DNA of 32,000 bases, from positions 1,740,001-1,772,000 of the forward strand of contig NC_006624.1 of NCBI RefSeq assembly GCF_000009965.1, given 5' to 3'. The stretch is from Thermococcus kodakarensis KOD1. Its GTDB lineage: Archaea > Methanobacteriota_B > Thermococci > Thermococcales > Thermococcaceae. Below, one piece after another: positions 1 to 8,025 of this stretch (positions are counted from its first letter, which is position 1; each line of letters starts with the position of its first letter). Below the pieces are notes generated by a model. It worked only from the letters and a program-made list of their open reading frames with translations, had not been told where the DNA came from and did not search any database. The position numbers and the translations under genes were made by a program.

Positions 1-124
1 TGGGTTTTTGTACTGTCCCATAGCAAATTATGGCACGTAGCTTTTAGTTTTGGAACATTATGGTGCAATAATAGGGAAACTATGAATACCTCATGTCCGG
101 GTACTGTGGAACTGAATAGTGGAG

Positions 125-134
125 ATTTAAAAAA
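125..134 (+). promoter_or_regulatory. TATA-box candidate (ATTTAAAAAA) for dph2
   Basis: An A/T-only 10-mer in otherwise mixed sequence lies about 35 nt upstream of ATG 166. GGGTGA at 155-160 fits a Shine-Dalgarno motif in the short leader. Confidence 0.5.
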
Positions 135-165
135 GGCTCTTTCGAAACTCTAACGGGTGAGTTCA

Positions 166-1191
166 ATGCATGAGATTCCATTCGGCGAGGTACTCGAAAA
201 GCTCCGCGGGCTTAACGCTCACAGGGTTCTCATCCAGACTCCAGAGGGCCTCAAGAGGGAGGCTCAGGAGTTAGCTGACTTCCTTGAGGAGAACGGAATT
301 GAGGCGATAATAAGCGGAGACATCAACTACGGTGCCTGTGATCCGGCCGACAGTGAGGCAAAGAGGCTCGGGTGCGACGCGCTGATTCATCTCGGACACT
401 CCTACATGCAGCTCCACCTTGAGGTTCCTACTATCTTCGTGCCTGCTTTCGCGAAAGTTGACGTAGTCCCAGCCCTTGAGAAGAACCTCGAAGAAATCAG
501 GAAGCTCGGGAAAAGGATAGTCCTCGTCACGACGGCCCAGCACATCCACGGGCTTGAAAGGGCGAAGGAGTTCCTAGAAAAGAACGGTTTTGAGGTCTTA
601 ATCGGGAGGGGAGATTCTCGCGTCAGCTGGCCGGGGCAGGTTCTTGGGTGCAACTTCAGCGCTGCCAAGGTTGACGCCGATGGAGTTCTCTTTATAGGCG
701 CGGGCTACTTCCACCCGATTGGCGTTGCGATGGCCGTTAAGAAGCCAACGCTCGCGATCAACCCCTACTCGGGCGATGCCATCTGGATGGACACGGAAGC
801 GGAGAGGCTCGTAAGGAAGCGCTGGGCGCAGATAGCCAAGGCGATGGATGCGCAGAGGTTCGGCGTGATAACGAGCACGAAAAAGGGTCAGCTCCGCCTA
901 GCAGAGGCAAAGAGGGTTGTTAAACTCCTCCGTGAGTACGGAAAGTACGCGAGGCTTTTGACGATGAACCACATAAGCTATCAGGCTTTAGAGGGCTTCG
1001 ACTTCGATGCCTACGTCGTCGTTGCCTGCCCGAGGGTTCCAATAGACGACTACGAGAACTGGAGGAAGCCCGTGCTTACTCCGAGGGAGGTTGAAATTCT
1101 CCTCGGGCTGAGAGAAGACTACGAGTTCGACGAGATTCTCGGGGCGGAGAGAAGGGAAGACGAGCCTATTGGTATAAGCTTGCGCCACTGA
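166..1191 (+). CDS. dph2: Diphthamide synthesis protein Dph2 (2-(3-amino-3-carboxypropyl)histidine synthase)
   Basis: This is track ORF 157..1191. The sequence MHEIPFGEVLEKL..VLIQTPEGLKREAQELADFLEENGIEAIISGD..YGACD..ALIHLGHS and a C-terminal VACPRVPIDD resemble archaeal Dph2 (Pyrococcus type). ATG 166 lies 5 nt after GGGTGA, while 157 is a GTG inside that SD. Confidence 0.88.
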   Translation: MHEIPFGEVLEKLRGLNAHRVLIQTPEGLKREAQELADFLEENGIEAIISGDINYGACDPADSEAKRLGCDALIHLGHSYMQLHLEVPTIFVPAFAKVDVVPALEKNLEEIRKLGKRIVLVTTAQHIHGLERAKEFLEKNGFEVLIGRGDSRVSWPGQVLGCNFSAAKVDADGVLFIGAGYFHPIGVAMAVKKPTLAINPYSGDAIWMDTEAERLVRKRWAQIAKAMDAQRFGVITSTKKGQLRLAEAKRVVKLLREYGKYARLLTMNHISYQALEGFDFDAYVVVACPRVPIDDYENWRKPVLTPREVEILLGLREDYEFDEILGAERREDEPIGISLRH

Positions 1192-1290
1192 TTCAACACC
1201 CTGCTTGAATTTTTAAAATTTTTCATGTTTTATGTTCGAATGACGAAATCCTAATAAGGTTTGGCGTAGAAAATAATCGGGCGGTGCACG

Positions 1291-3069
1291 GTGTCTGCTA
1301 ATTCAAAGCTTCTTGAAGGTTACCTAAAGTCTAGAAAAATCAAAAAAGCTTCGGAGCTTGTTCTCAGCAACGAAGAAGCCCTCACACTGCTTCTGTCTTT
1401 TCTTCACAGCAAAGACTCAAAGATGAAGCTGGCGGCGGTTATGACCCTTGAAGAGGCCTTGAAGCGAATGCCCGACATAATGCGCCTCAGAATCCTAAAG
1501 AGAACCCTTGACGACTTGATAGCGCTGGCTCTGGAGAACGACGATAGAGTTTCAATCTACGCTCTCAGGGCAATAAAAGCCCTCATTACTGGACTCCCCC
1601 TTGACCCTGAGAGCTTTGTGAAGCTCGGTCATGCGATCAAAGACCTCGTAAAGGCGCGCAGGAACGAGGTTGTCCTCCTCGAAATCCCGCCGATCCTGGA
1701 GAGTGTCCGGATAACTTCCTCGGACCCGAGGGTTCACGACATCATCTCCCGTCTCCTCCACTCCAAGAACCCCCGTCTCAAGGCCATGGGGCTCAGGCTC
1801 CTTTTAAACACGAGCGCTTACACGGGAGACCCTGCCCTTTTAAAGACCGTTTTTTCCGAGGTTCGGGACATGCTTACTGTCGAAGATATCCCCCTGATAG
1901 ACTTCGCTTTGACCCTGCTTCTTGATGTGGCTCACTATCCCCTGCGTGAGGAGATTATCGATGACGTTGCTGGTGTTCTGACCCTCGTGAAGAACCTTGC
2001 ACTGAAAGGCAAACCTGGTGTAAGCGACAAGGCGCGGCTCGTGGCGGAGAAGCTTGAGGATGCAATATACAGATACTACAAAAACCGGCCCGAGGAGGCA
2101 AAACAGAAAATCCAGGAGCTTCTGATAAACGAACGCTTTTACGAGGCCATTGACCTTGCTCTGGCGGTGGGTGATACTTACGTACTCAACTGGCTGGCGG
2201 AGGAGCTTGAAAAGATGGAGAAGGAGCGGTTGAGGATAAACGAGAGAGTATTGCCCGGGCCAAAATACCTTTCTCCGCCACCCGAGGCCAAGGCCCAGAA
2301 GTCCCTGAAAGTCCCGCACATATCCCAGTTCGGCAGGAAGAAAACGGGAAGAGAAAAACTGACAAAGCACGTAGAAAAATCGGGACAAACCCCCAAGATG
2401 TCAGACGAAGAGACTAAAAAGGAGCTGGAAAAGGCCATAACATCTGGAAAAACTTCCGAACTTATTGAGCTGGCCATGAAAAAACCTGAGGTTATCTTCG
2501 AGCTGGAGAGAAAGCTTGAGGAAGGAGACAAGTTCGAGAAGATGGACGCCCTCTGGGCACTTTCAAAGCTGGCCGAGAAGCTCGACGAAACGAAGGCATT
2601 CATCCTAAAACCTGCGGTCGAGCCATTGATGAAGGTAGCCTCCTCTAAAAACAGGTGGATGCGCCTCAGGGCCGTTAGGACGCTGGCCGCTATTGCCCCG
2701 AAGGCTCCCTACGGCGACGAAATAGTGGGCCAGTTCCTTGAGTGGTACCTATCGGGGGACGAAGAAAGGGTTGTGCCCTCACTAGAGTTCTTCAGCTACT
2801 ACTTCTCGAAAATCTGGGACGAGAAGACTGCAAGGGTGGTCCTGTCCCGCCTTTTGGAATACCTTGAAAATGACGGGATGCGCTTCGATGCCCTCCTCAC
2901 GCTTGACGCGCTGGTTGGGTCCGCACCTGTGGAGAAGGTCTCCCTGTTTGGGCCGTTCGTGGAGAAGCTGAAGGAAATCAAAAAGACCGCCTCGCCCGAC
3001 GAGCAGAAGCTCGCGATAAGAATTCTGGAGAACATAGCTTCGAAGTCCAAGGCACTGGTTATCCACTAA
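1291..3069 (+). CDS. HEAT/ARM-like alpha-solenoid repeat protein, function unknown (long paralog, 592 aa)
   Basis: A long uninterrupted ORF with a GTG start 4 nt after GGCGGTG. The sequence is leucine-rich and helical throughout, with repeated ~40-aa units (e.g. KMKLAAVMTLEEAL, DDRVSIYALRAIKAL, NPRLKAMGLRLLLN, NRWMRLRAVRTLAAIA). A K/E-rich linker sits near residues 320-400. It is collinear with ORF 5704..6633. Confidence 0.7.
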   Translation: MSANSKLLEGYLKSRKIKKASELVLSNEEALTLLLSFLHSKDSKMKLAAVMTLEEALKRMPDIMRLRILKRTLDDLIALALENDDRVSIYALRAIKALITGLPLDPESFVKLGHAIKDLVKARRNEVVLLEIPPILESVRITSSDPRVHDIISRLLHSKNPRLKAMGLRLLLNTSAYTGDPALLKTVFSEVRDMLTVEDIPLIDFALTLLLDVAHYPLREEIIDDVAGVLTLVKNLALKGKPGVSDKARLVAEKLEDAIYRYYKNRPEEAKQKIQELLINERFYEAIDLALAVGDTYVLNWLAEELEKMEKERLRINERVLPGPKYLSPPPEAKAQKSLKVPHISQFGRKKTGREKLTKHVEKSGQTPKMSDEETKKELEKAITSGKTSELIELAMKKPEVIFELERKLEEGDKFEKMDALWALSKLAEKLDETKAFILKPAVEPLMKVASSKNRWMRLRAVRTLAAIAPKAPYGDEIVGQFLEWYLSGDEERVVPSLEFFSYYFSKIWDEKTARVVLSRLLEYLENDGMRFDALLTLDALVGSAPVEKVSLFGPFVEKLKEIKKTASPDEQKLAIRILENIASKSKALVIH

Positions 3070-3313
3070 GTCTCTTTATGACCTCGATAGCGCTCTCCTT
3101 GTCTTTGACTTTTATTCCGAGACCCTTCTCGTCGGCCAGCTTCTGGAGCATCGCCTTAGTCGGGAACTCTCCGAGGAAGGTGGTGAGGGCATAATAGACT
3201 TCCTCGGGGTTTTTGCCCTCTTCTATGTTCGATATGGCCCTCTCTATGCTCTCAAGCATCACGGAGAGGAAGGAGTGCTTCTCCTTAAGTATGCGGATGA
3301 GCTCACTCCCCAT
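3059..3313 (-). CDS. Small alpha-helical protein, KaiC-operon partner 2 (84 aa), unknown family
   Basis: Track ORF 3059..3322 starts at a GTG. ATG 3313 follows a GGTG motif and overlaps the stop of the upstream gene by 11 nt. It is paralogous to ORF 3303..3608, sharing NPEEVYYAL..FLGEF and KDKESAIEVIKRLSG. Confidence 0.62.
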   Translation of the reverse strand: MGSELIRILKEKHSFLSVMLESIERAISNIEEGKNPEEVYYALTTFLGEFPTKAMLQKLADEKGLGIKVKDKESAIEVIKRLSG

Positions 3314-3608
3314 CCTCAACACCAGCGAACTTCTTCAGGAGGGCAATCACGGTCTCCTTGTCCCTTTTATCCGGCTTGAGGTGGAGCTCCATCAGCAGGT
3401 TGTAGAAGAACATTGACGCTCCGAACTCGCCGAACAGCTCCTCCACGGCTCTGTAGAACTTTGCGGGGTCTTCACCGGCTATCTCAAGGGTTGCGTTGTA
3501 TTTGGCCCTGAGGTAGGCCTCAAGGGTCGGTAGGAAGTGGGGGCCGAACTGGCTCAGGAGCTCCTTAGCAGTCGCGACTATGAGGGCGCGGTTGAGCTCG
3601 GCCTTCAT
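3303..3608 (-). CDS. Small alpha-helical protein, KaiC-operon partner 1 (101 aa), unknown family
   Basis: Track ORF 3303..3617 starts at a TTG. ATG 3608 lies one nt after the KaiC-like stop (TGAaATG). Motifs are DPAKFYRAVEELFGEF and RDKETVIALLKKFAG. Confidence 0.68.
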   Translation of the reverse strand: MKAELNRALIVATAKELLSQFGPHFLPTLEAYLRAKYNATLEIAGEDPAKFYRAVEELFGEFGASMFFYNLLMELHLKPDKRDKETVIALLKKFAGVEDGE

Positions 3609-3609
3609 T

Positions 3610-4956
3610 TCACTCAATCCTTATCCCCCCCTCGCCGATGGTGAAGTCCTTCAGCGTTGGGTCGTTCCTTGAGCGCCTCGCCTTGAGCACGAGGATGTGC
3701 CTCTTTAGGGACTCCCCGACTCTCTCAGGCACGTCGTAGGTCAGGAATATGAGGTTGTCCACGAGGGTGCTGAAGCCCGTGGTTGCGAGCTTGTAGGTAC
3801 TCCCCGTGATGTATGTCAGTACGAAGGTTACCCCCTTCTCCTTCGTTAGGAGCTGGAGGTAGCGGACGGCCTTTATGAACTCCTTCTCGTCCATGTGGCT
3901 CTCCATGGCTGATAGGGAGTCTATCACGAGGACGTCAAAGCCCTCCTTTTCAATGAGGTCCTTTATCAGGGCATAGTACTCGACGGGAGTCCTTCCCTCC
4001 GGAACCATCGAGACTATCCTGAAGTTCTCCTCAAGGCCGAGCTTTTCCAGAGTGTCCCTTAGAGCCGCGAGGCTCTCCTCGTAGGCTATGTAAAGAACCT
4101 TTTTTCCGGATTTTGATAGGTTAGACGCGAGGTTAAGGGCCAGTATCGTCTTTCCTGACCCCGTTGGACCCGCTATCAGGGTTATGCTGCCCTCATAAAG
4201 GCCGCCGCCAAGGAGTTCGTCCAGACCGAGAATTCCGGTCTTGAGCCTGGACTTTGGAGCTTCGCTCTCAGTGAACTCAAGCTCGGGAATGGCGAGGACT
4301 TCGAGGCCTCTATCGGTTATCACGTACTCGTAGGCGGCGCGCTTGAGCGGCCTGCCGCGCATCTTGGGTATCGTGAGGTACCTCCTTATCACCTCGCCCA
4401 TCCTCTCCAGCTCGAGAACGATGACGCCGTCCACGACGAACTCCTCAAGACCAAATCCAACCCTCTTCTCACCGTAGGGTATTTCGTCTATGAGGATGGC
4501 CAGCGCGTCGAAGGCGTTGACCAGACGCCCTATGATGGAGTGGAGGAAAGAGCGCAGGTACTCTTCACCAAACATCTGGCCAAACACGGTAACGGAGTCA
4601 AAAACTATTATATCTGGCTTGAACTCGACGATATCGTCGATGAGGAATGCAATCATACCCTCAAGCTCGTCTTTGGGGACTGTCAGCATGTCGTAGAACC
4701 TGAAGAGGTTGACCCCCTCCATCTTCGACAGGTCGATCCCGCTCTGGAGCGCGTTCCTGTAGAACTGCTTCTTAGTCTCCGCAAAGGAGACGTAAACCCC
4801 CTTTAACCCCCTCCTCATGTTGTTGTAGAGAACGTGGATTGCGAGATGTGTCTTGCCGCTTCCAGGGTTCCCCGCAAGAAGAATCGTTGAACCCCTCGAG
4901 AACCCGCCGTTCAGGGCCTTATCAAGACTGGGTATTCCGGTTGGTATCAGTTCCAT
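3610..4956 (-). CDS. KaiC-like / RecA-superfamily ATPase with two tandem ATPase domains
   Basis: There are two Walker A motifs (GNPGSGKT near the N-terminus and GPTGSGKT near residue 270). Each is followed by a hydrophobic strand plus Asp (IIVFDSV, VLVIDSL). N-terminal IPTGIPSLDKALNGG and a second GILGLDELLGGG are typical of KaiC/RadA-like modules. GGGGGAG lies 7 nt upstream of ATG 4956. Confidence 0.9.
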   Translation of the reverse strand: MELIPTGIPSLDKALNGGFSRGSTILLAGNPGSGKTHLAIHVLYNNMRRGLKGVYVSFAETKKQFYRNALQSGIDLSKMEGVNLFRFYDMLTVPKDELEGMIAFLIDDIVEFKPDIIVFDSVTVFGQMFGEEYLRSFLHSIIGRLVNAFDALAILIDEIPYGEKRVGFGLEEFVVDGVIVLELERMGEVIRRYLTIPKMRGRPLKRAAYEYVITDRGLEVLAIPELEFTESEAPKSRLKTGILGLDELLGGGLYEGSITLIAGPTGSGKTILALNLASNLSKSGKKVLYIAYEESLAALRDTLEKLGLEENFRIVSMVPEGRTPVEYYALIKDLIEKEGFDVLVIDSLSAMESHMDEKEFIKAVRYLQLLTKEKGVTFVLTYITGSTYKLATTGFSTLVDNLIFLTYDVPERVGESLKRHILVLKARRSRNDPTLKDFTIGEGGIRIE

Positions 4957-4991
4957 TGATGCTCTCCCCCTACTGCACTTTTGCGCTAATG

Positions 4992-5000
4992 ATATAAATA
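4992..5000. promoter_or_regulatory. Single A/T element (ATATAAATA) in the 67-nt divergent spacer between the KaiC-like operon and the methyltransferase gene
   Basis: This is the only TATA-like sequence between ATG 4956 (-) and ATG 5024 (+). It lies about 28 nt from the + start (near-leaderless) and about 40 nt from the - start (a leader containing GGGGGAG). Confidence 0.5.
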
Positions 5001-5023
5001 CCTTTTCTCAAACAGTGGCTGGG

Positions 5024-5665
5024 ATGAAAGTGAAAATGAAAAAAAAGCACCTTGCAATGCTCCTTTCCAGGCTTAGGGGCTTTGAGAGTCCCAAACCAGA
5101 ACTGGAGCAGTACAGGACTCCCGGTGATGTGGCCGCGGAGCTTTTGTGGTTAGCCCACTCCCTCGGCGAAGTTGAGGGGAAGGTCATCGCGGATCTGGGT
5201 GCTGGTACCGGTGTTTTGGGCATCGGTGCAGTCCTGCTGGGCGCTGAAAATGTCTATGCCGTCGAGAGGGACAAAGAAGCGCTTGAAATCGCCCGTGAGA
5301 ACGCACGCTCACTCGGCGTCGAAGACAAAATCGAGTTCGTAAACGCGGACGTTTCGGAGTTCTCGGTAAATGTTGATACAGTCATAATGAACCCTCCCTT
5401 TGGAAGCCAGGTAAAGCACGCCGACAGGCCTTTCCTCATCAAGGCCTTTGAGGTGAGCGACGTTGTTTACTCGATTCACCTTGCAAAGCCCGAGGTGAGG
5501 GCATTTATAGAGGCCTTCGTCAGGGACAACGGGTTCGTCATAACCCACCGATTGACACTGCCCTTCGAAATCCCGGCCCAGTTCCACTTCCACAGGAAGA
5601 GGCTTGAGAGGATACTGGTTGATGTTTACAGGTTTGAGCGGAAAATCGAAAAAGCTATATTGTAA
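5024..5665 (+). CDS. Class I SAM-dependent methyltransferase, METTL5-like / COG2263-type putative RNA N6-adenine methylase
   Basis: The N-terminus LEQYRTPGDVAAELLW is followed by SAM motif I (VIADLGAGTGVLGIGA), then VYAVERD and the catalytic NPPFG tetrad (IMNPPFGSQ). The track ORF starts at 4853, but its first 57 codons are antisense to the KaiC-like gene. ATG 5024 follows the TATA box. Confidence 0.8.
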   Translation: MKVKMKKKHLAMLLSRLRGFESPKPELEQYRTPGDVAAELLWLAHSLGEVEGKVIADLGAGTGVLGIGAVLLGAENVYAVERDKEALEIARENARSLGVEDKIEFVNADVSEFSVNVDTVIMNPPFGSQVKHADRPFLIKAFEVSDVVYSIHLAKPEVRAFIEAFVRDNGFVITHRLTLPFEIPAQFHFHRKRLERILVDVYRFERKIEKAIL

Positions 5666-5703
5666 TCTTCCACAACTTGGTGTAGTGTACAGGGGGAACG
5701 TGT

Positions 5704-6633
5704 ATGGTCCACGATGAGATCATCAAGACCCTTGAATCATGGGATGCTAAAAGCCTGATCTCCATGGCTCAGGCGGACGAGGATATACTGACCACTTTAA
5801 TTCACCTGCTCGATGAGGAGCGCTTCCAGCTCAGAGTTCTGGCTATCTTGGAAGAACTGCTGTCCCTTCGAACGAACAGGGAGATATACAAGGAGCTCTT
5901 TCCGCGTCTTCTCATCCTGCTTACGAAAGACAGGAAGACAGCGGTAAAAGCCGCCAGGGTTATGAAGGTGCTCCTCCTCCAAGAGCCCCCCACAAAGGGC
6001 GATCTGCGGATCCTTCTGAAGGTCATGCTCGATACTCCCGTTGAACAAAACGACCCCCGCTGGCTGGAGCTTGCTGATGCGGCCGATAAGTTGCCTCCCG
6101 CGGATTATCGGGACGTTGAAAACCTTGTGTTAGAGCTTATGAAAAGTGATAACCCCGGCTTGAAGCTCGTTGGGCTTAAATTTGCAAAATCCATACCCGG
6201 AATCCGTGCCGAGGATGTCGTAAGAGAGGTATCGTATCTCCTGAATTCTAATAATCCCGTGATATTTGATAAGGCGCTTGACCTGGTGCTCGAAATCCTC
6301 ACGTCTCCAATCCCCCTCCGCATGGAGGATGTGATAAGATACCTGTACTCTCCCCTAAAGGCCCTCACGGAGTCCGCCCCCGACGCCATAATAACGTCAA
6401 AGGCCAGGGAGGTTTTCAGCGCGCTCGTAAAAAGCGCCCAGAGGTACTATGCCCTCAGGCCGACCGAGGCCAGGGAGTCAGCAAGGCGGCTGAGAAAGGA
6501 GGGACTTGAGTACGAGGCGGTGTTCATCGAGGAGTTATCTGGACAGCCTCATTCGCCCGTTCCGTATGGAGAGAAGACGCTCAAAATGCTGACAGAAGAC
6601 CGCTCCGACCTCCCCGACTTCCTGAAGGGTTGA
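5704..6633 (+). CDS. HEAT/ARM-like repeat protein, function unknown (short paralog, 309 aa)
   Basis: ATG 5704 follows AGGGGGA. The sequence is helical and leucine-rich. It is collinear with the N-terminal half of ORF 1291..3069 (LT.L..LL block; SDNPGLKLVGLKF vs SKNPRLKAMGLRL; RYYALRPTEA..YEAV vs RYYKNRPEEA..YEAI). Confidence 0.7.
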   Translation: MVHDEIIKTLESWDAKSLISMAQADEDILTTLIHLLDEERFQLRVLAILEELLSLRTNREIYKELFPRLLILLTKDRKTAVKAARVMKVLLLQEPPTKGDLRILLKVMLDTPVEQNDPRWLELADAADKLPPADYRDVENLVLELMKSDNPGLKLVGLKFAKSIPGIRAEDVVREVSYLLNSNNPVIFDKALDLVLEILTSPIPLRMEDVIRYLYSPLKALTESAPDAIITSKAREVFSALVKSAQRYYALRPTEARESARRLRKEGLEYEAVFIEELSGQPHSPVPYGEKTLKMLTEDRSDLPDFLKG

Positions 6634-6672
6634 GCTTTTAAACCGAACTCGGAACTTTTTACAGGTGGTTCT

Positions 6673-8025
6673 GTGCCAAAGCTCAAGCTCAGCGACAGAC
6701 AGCTCTATGCCCTCATAGAGGCCCTCAAGCTCGGCGAGGAAGTTAAGCCCAGCCAGCAGGCGAAGAGGAGGGCCTTCTCAAAGTACAGAATCGAAGGCTG
6801 GGAAAACTCGAAGCTGACTGGAATATTCTACTCAATCCAGAGGCGTCTCGGTTTGATAGACGAGGTTATAGAAGAGCTTGTAGGAGTTTCTCCGCTCATC
6901 CTCGACCCCTGGCTGAGGGCCGCTTTAAGGGTGGCCGTTGAAGTGGGGGTCTTCCGCGAGCCGAGCGAGAGGACCCTCCAGCACCTCAAGGGGGTCGCCC
7001 AGTTCCTCTCAAAGAGAACGCACCCCTACGTCGGCTATTACTACTACGACCTCCTGCCGAGGGTCGTCAACTACGTGCCAAAGCTCGACACCGAGGAGAA
7101 GCGGCTCAAGTGGGAGTACCTCTTCCCGGAGTGGTTCATAGCGAGGATGCGCGCCCTTCTCGGTGAAGAGGCCGAAGAACTTCTCAGGGCACTAAACGAG
7201 ACTCTTCCGACGAGCATAAGGGTGAATCGTCTCAGGACGAGCGTTGAAGAGGTAGAAAACTACCTAAGAAAGAAGGGCGTCCGCTTCGAGAGAAGTGAGA
7301 GGGTAAACACTGTAATCAGGATCCTCGACCCCTTCAACCCTGAGTGGCTCTTTAACAAGGGCTATGCCATAGCACAGGAGGAAGCCTCTGCGGTGGCCTC
7401 TCTGGTTCTGGCACCAAAGCCGGGGGAGACCGTTGTTGATTTAGCTGCAGCCCCCGGAGGAAAAACGGCCCACATGGCGGAACTGATGGAAAACAGGGGT
7501 AAAATCTATGCTTTCGATGTAGATAGCGCCAGAATAAAGCGCATGAAAGAGGTTCTCAAGAGAACCGGCGTTGAAATAGCAGAGGTCATAAAAGCCGATG
7601 GGAGAAACGCCCCAGAGCTGCTCGGCGAAGAAATCGCCGATAGGGTTCTCCTCGATGCCCCGTGCACCAGCGACGGCACTATAGCGAAGAACCCCGAGCT
7701 GAGATGGCGCCTCAGGGAGAAGAACATCCCCAAGGTGGTTGCCCTTCAGAAGGAGCTCATGGAGAGCGCTTGGAAGCTATTGAAACCCGGAGGAAGGCTG
7801 CTCTATTCAACGTGCTCGATGCTTCCCGAGGAGAACGAGGAAGTTGTAAAGTGGTTCCTTGAGCGGCATCCTGGGGCCGAGCTTGTGCCCTTAAACGGAC
7901 CATACGACCCGGGATTCCTCAAGGGAACCATGAGGGCCTGGCCCCACAGGCACAGAACCATAGGCTTCTTCTACGCACTGATAGAAAAAAGGAGATCCGA
8001 ATCTCGTATAGTACGGGCTTGTTAA
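6673..8025 (+). CDS. NOL1/NOP2/Sun-family RNA cytosine-C5 methyltransferase (RsmB/Trm4/NSUN-like)
   Basis: Family motifs are DLAAAPGGKT (SAM binding), DAPCTSDGT (motif IV Cys) and LLYSTCS (motif VI Cys). GTG 6673 lies 4 nt after GGTGG. Confidence 0.9.
   Translation: MPKLKLSDRQLYALIEALKLGEEVKPSQQAKRRAFSKYRIEGWENSKLTGIFYSIQRRLGLIDEVIEELVGVSPLILDPWLRAALRVAVEVGVFREPSERTLQHLKGVAQFLSKRTHPYVGYYYYDLLPRVVNYVPKLDTEEKRLKWEYLFPEWFIARMRALLGEEAEELLRALNETLPTSIRVNRLRTSVEEVENYLRKKGVRFERSERVNTVIRILDPFNPEWLFNKGYAIAQEEASAVASLVLAPKPGETVVDLAAAPGGKTAHMAELMENRGKIYAFDVDSARIKRMKEVLKRTGVEIAEVIKADGRNAPELLGEEIADRVLLDAPCTSDGTIAKNPELRWRLREKNIPKVVALQKELMESAWKLLKPGGRLLYSTCSMLPEENEEVVKWFLERHPGAELVPLNGPYDPGFLKGTMRAWPHRHRTIGFFYALIEKRRSESRIVRAC

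Noticed and set aside
1-21. A possible start of a minus-strand gene (CAT at 19-21, giving MGQYKNP...) running off the left edge.
   Set aside because: Only 7 codons are visible, which is too little to support a call.
24-68. A short direct repeat ATTATGG(C/T)(A/G)C at about 27-36 and 57-66 upstream of dph2.
   Set aside because: It is only 8-10 nt with mismatches, which is within chance expectation, and I can assign no associated structure or known motif.
4853-5023. A 57-codon N-terminal extension of the methyltransferase ORF. Similar extensions occur at 22571..22954 on engB and at 29418..29507 on scpB.
   Set aside because: The extensions run antisense through the neighbouring gene or into the 5S rRNA/promoter. 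Canonical ATG starts with SD or TATA context occur at 5024, 22955 and 29417.
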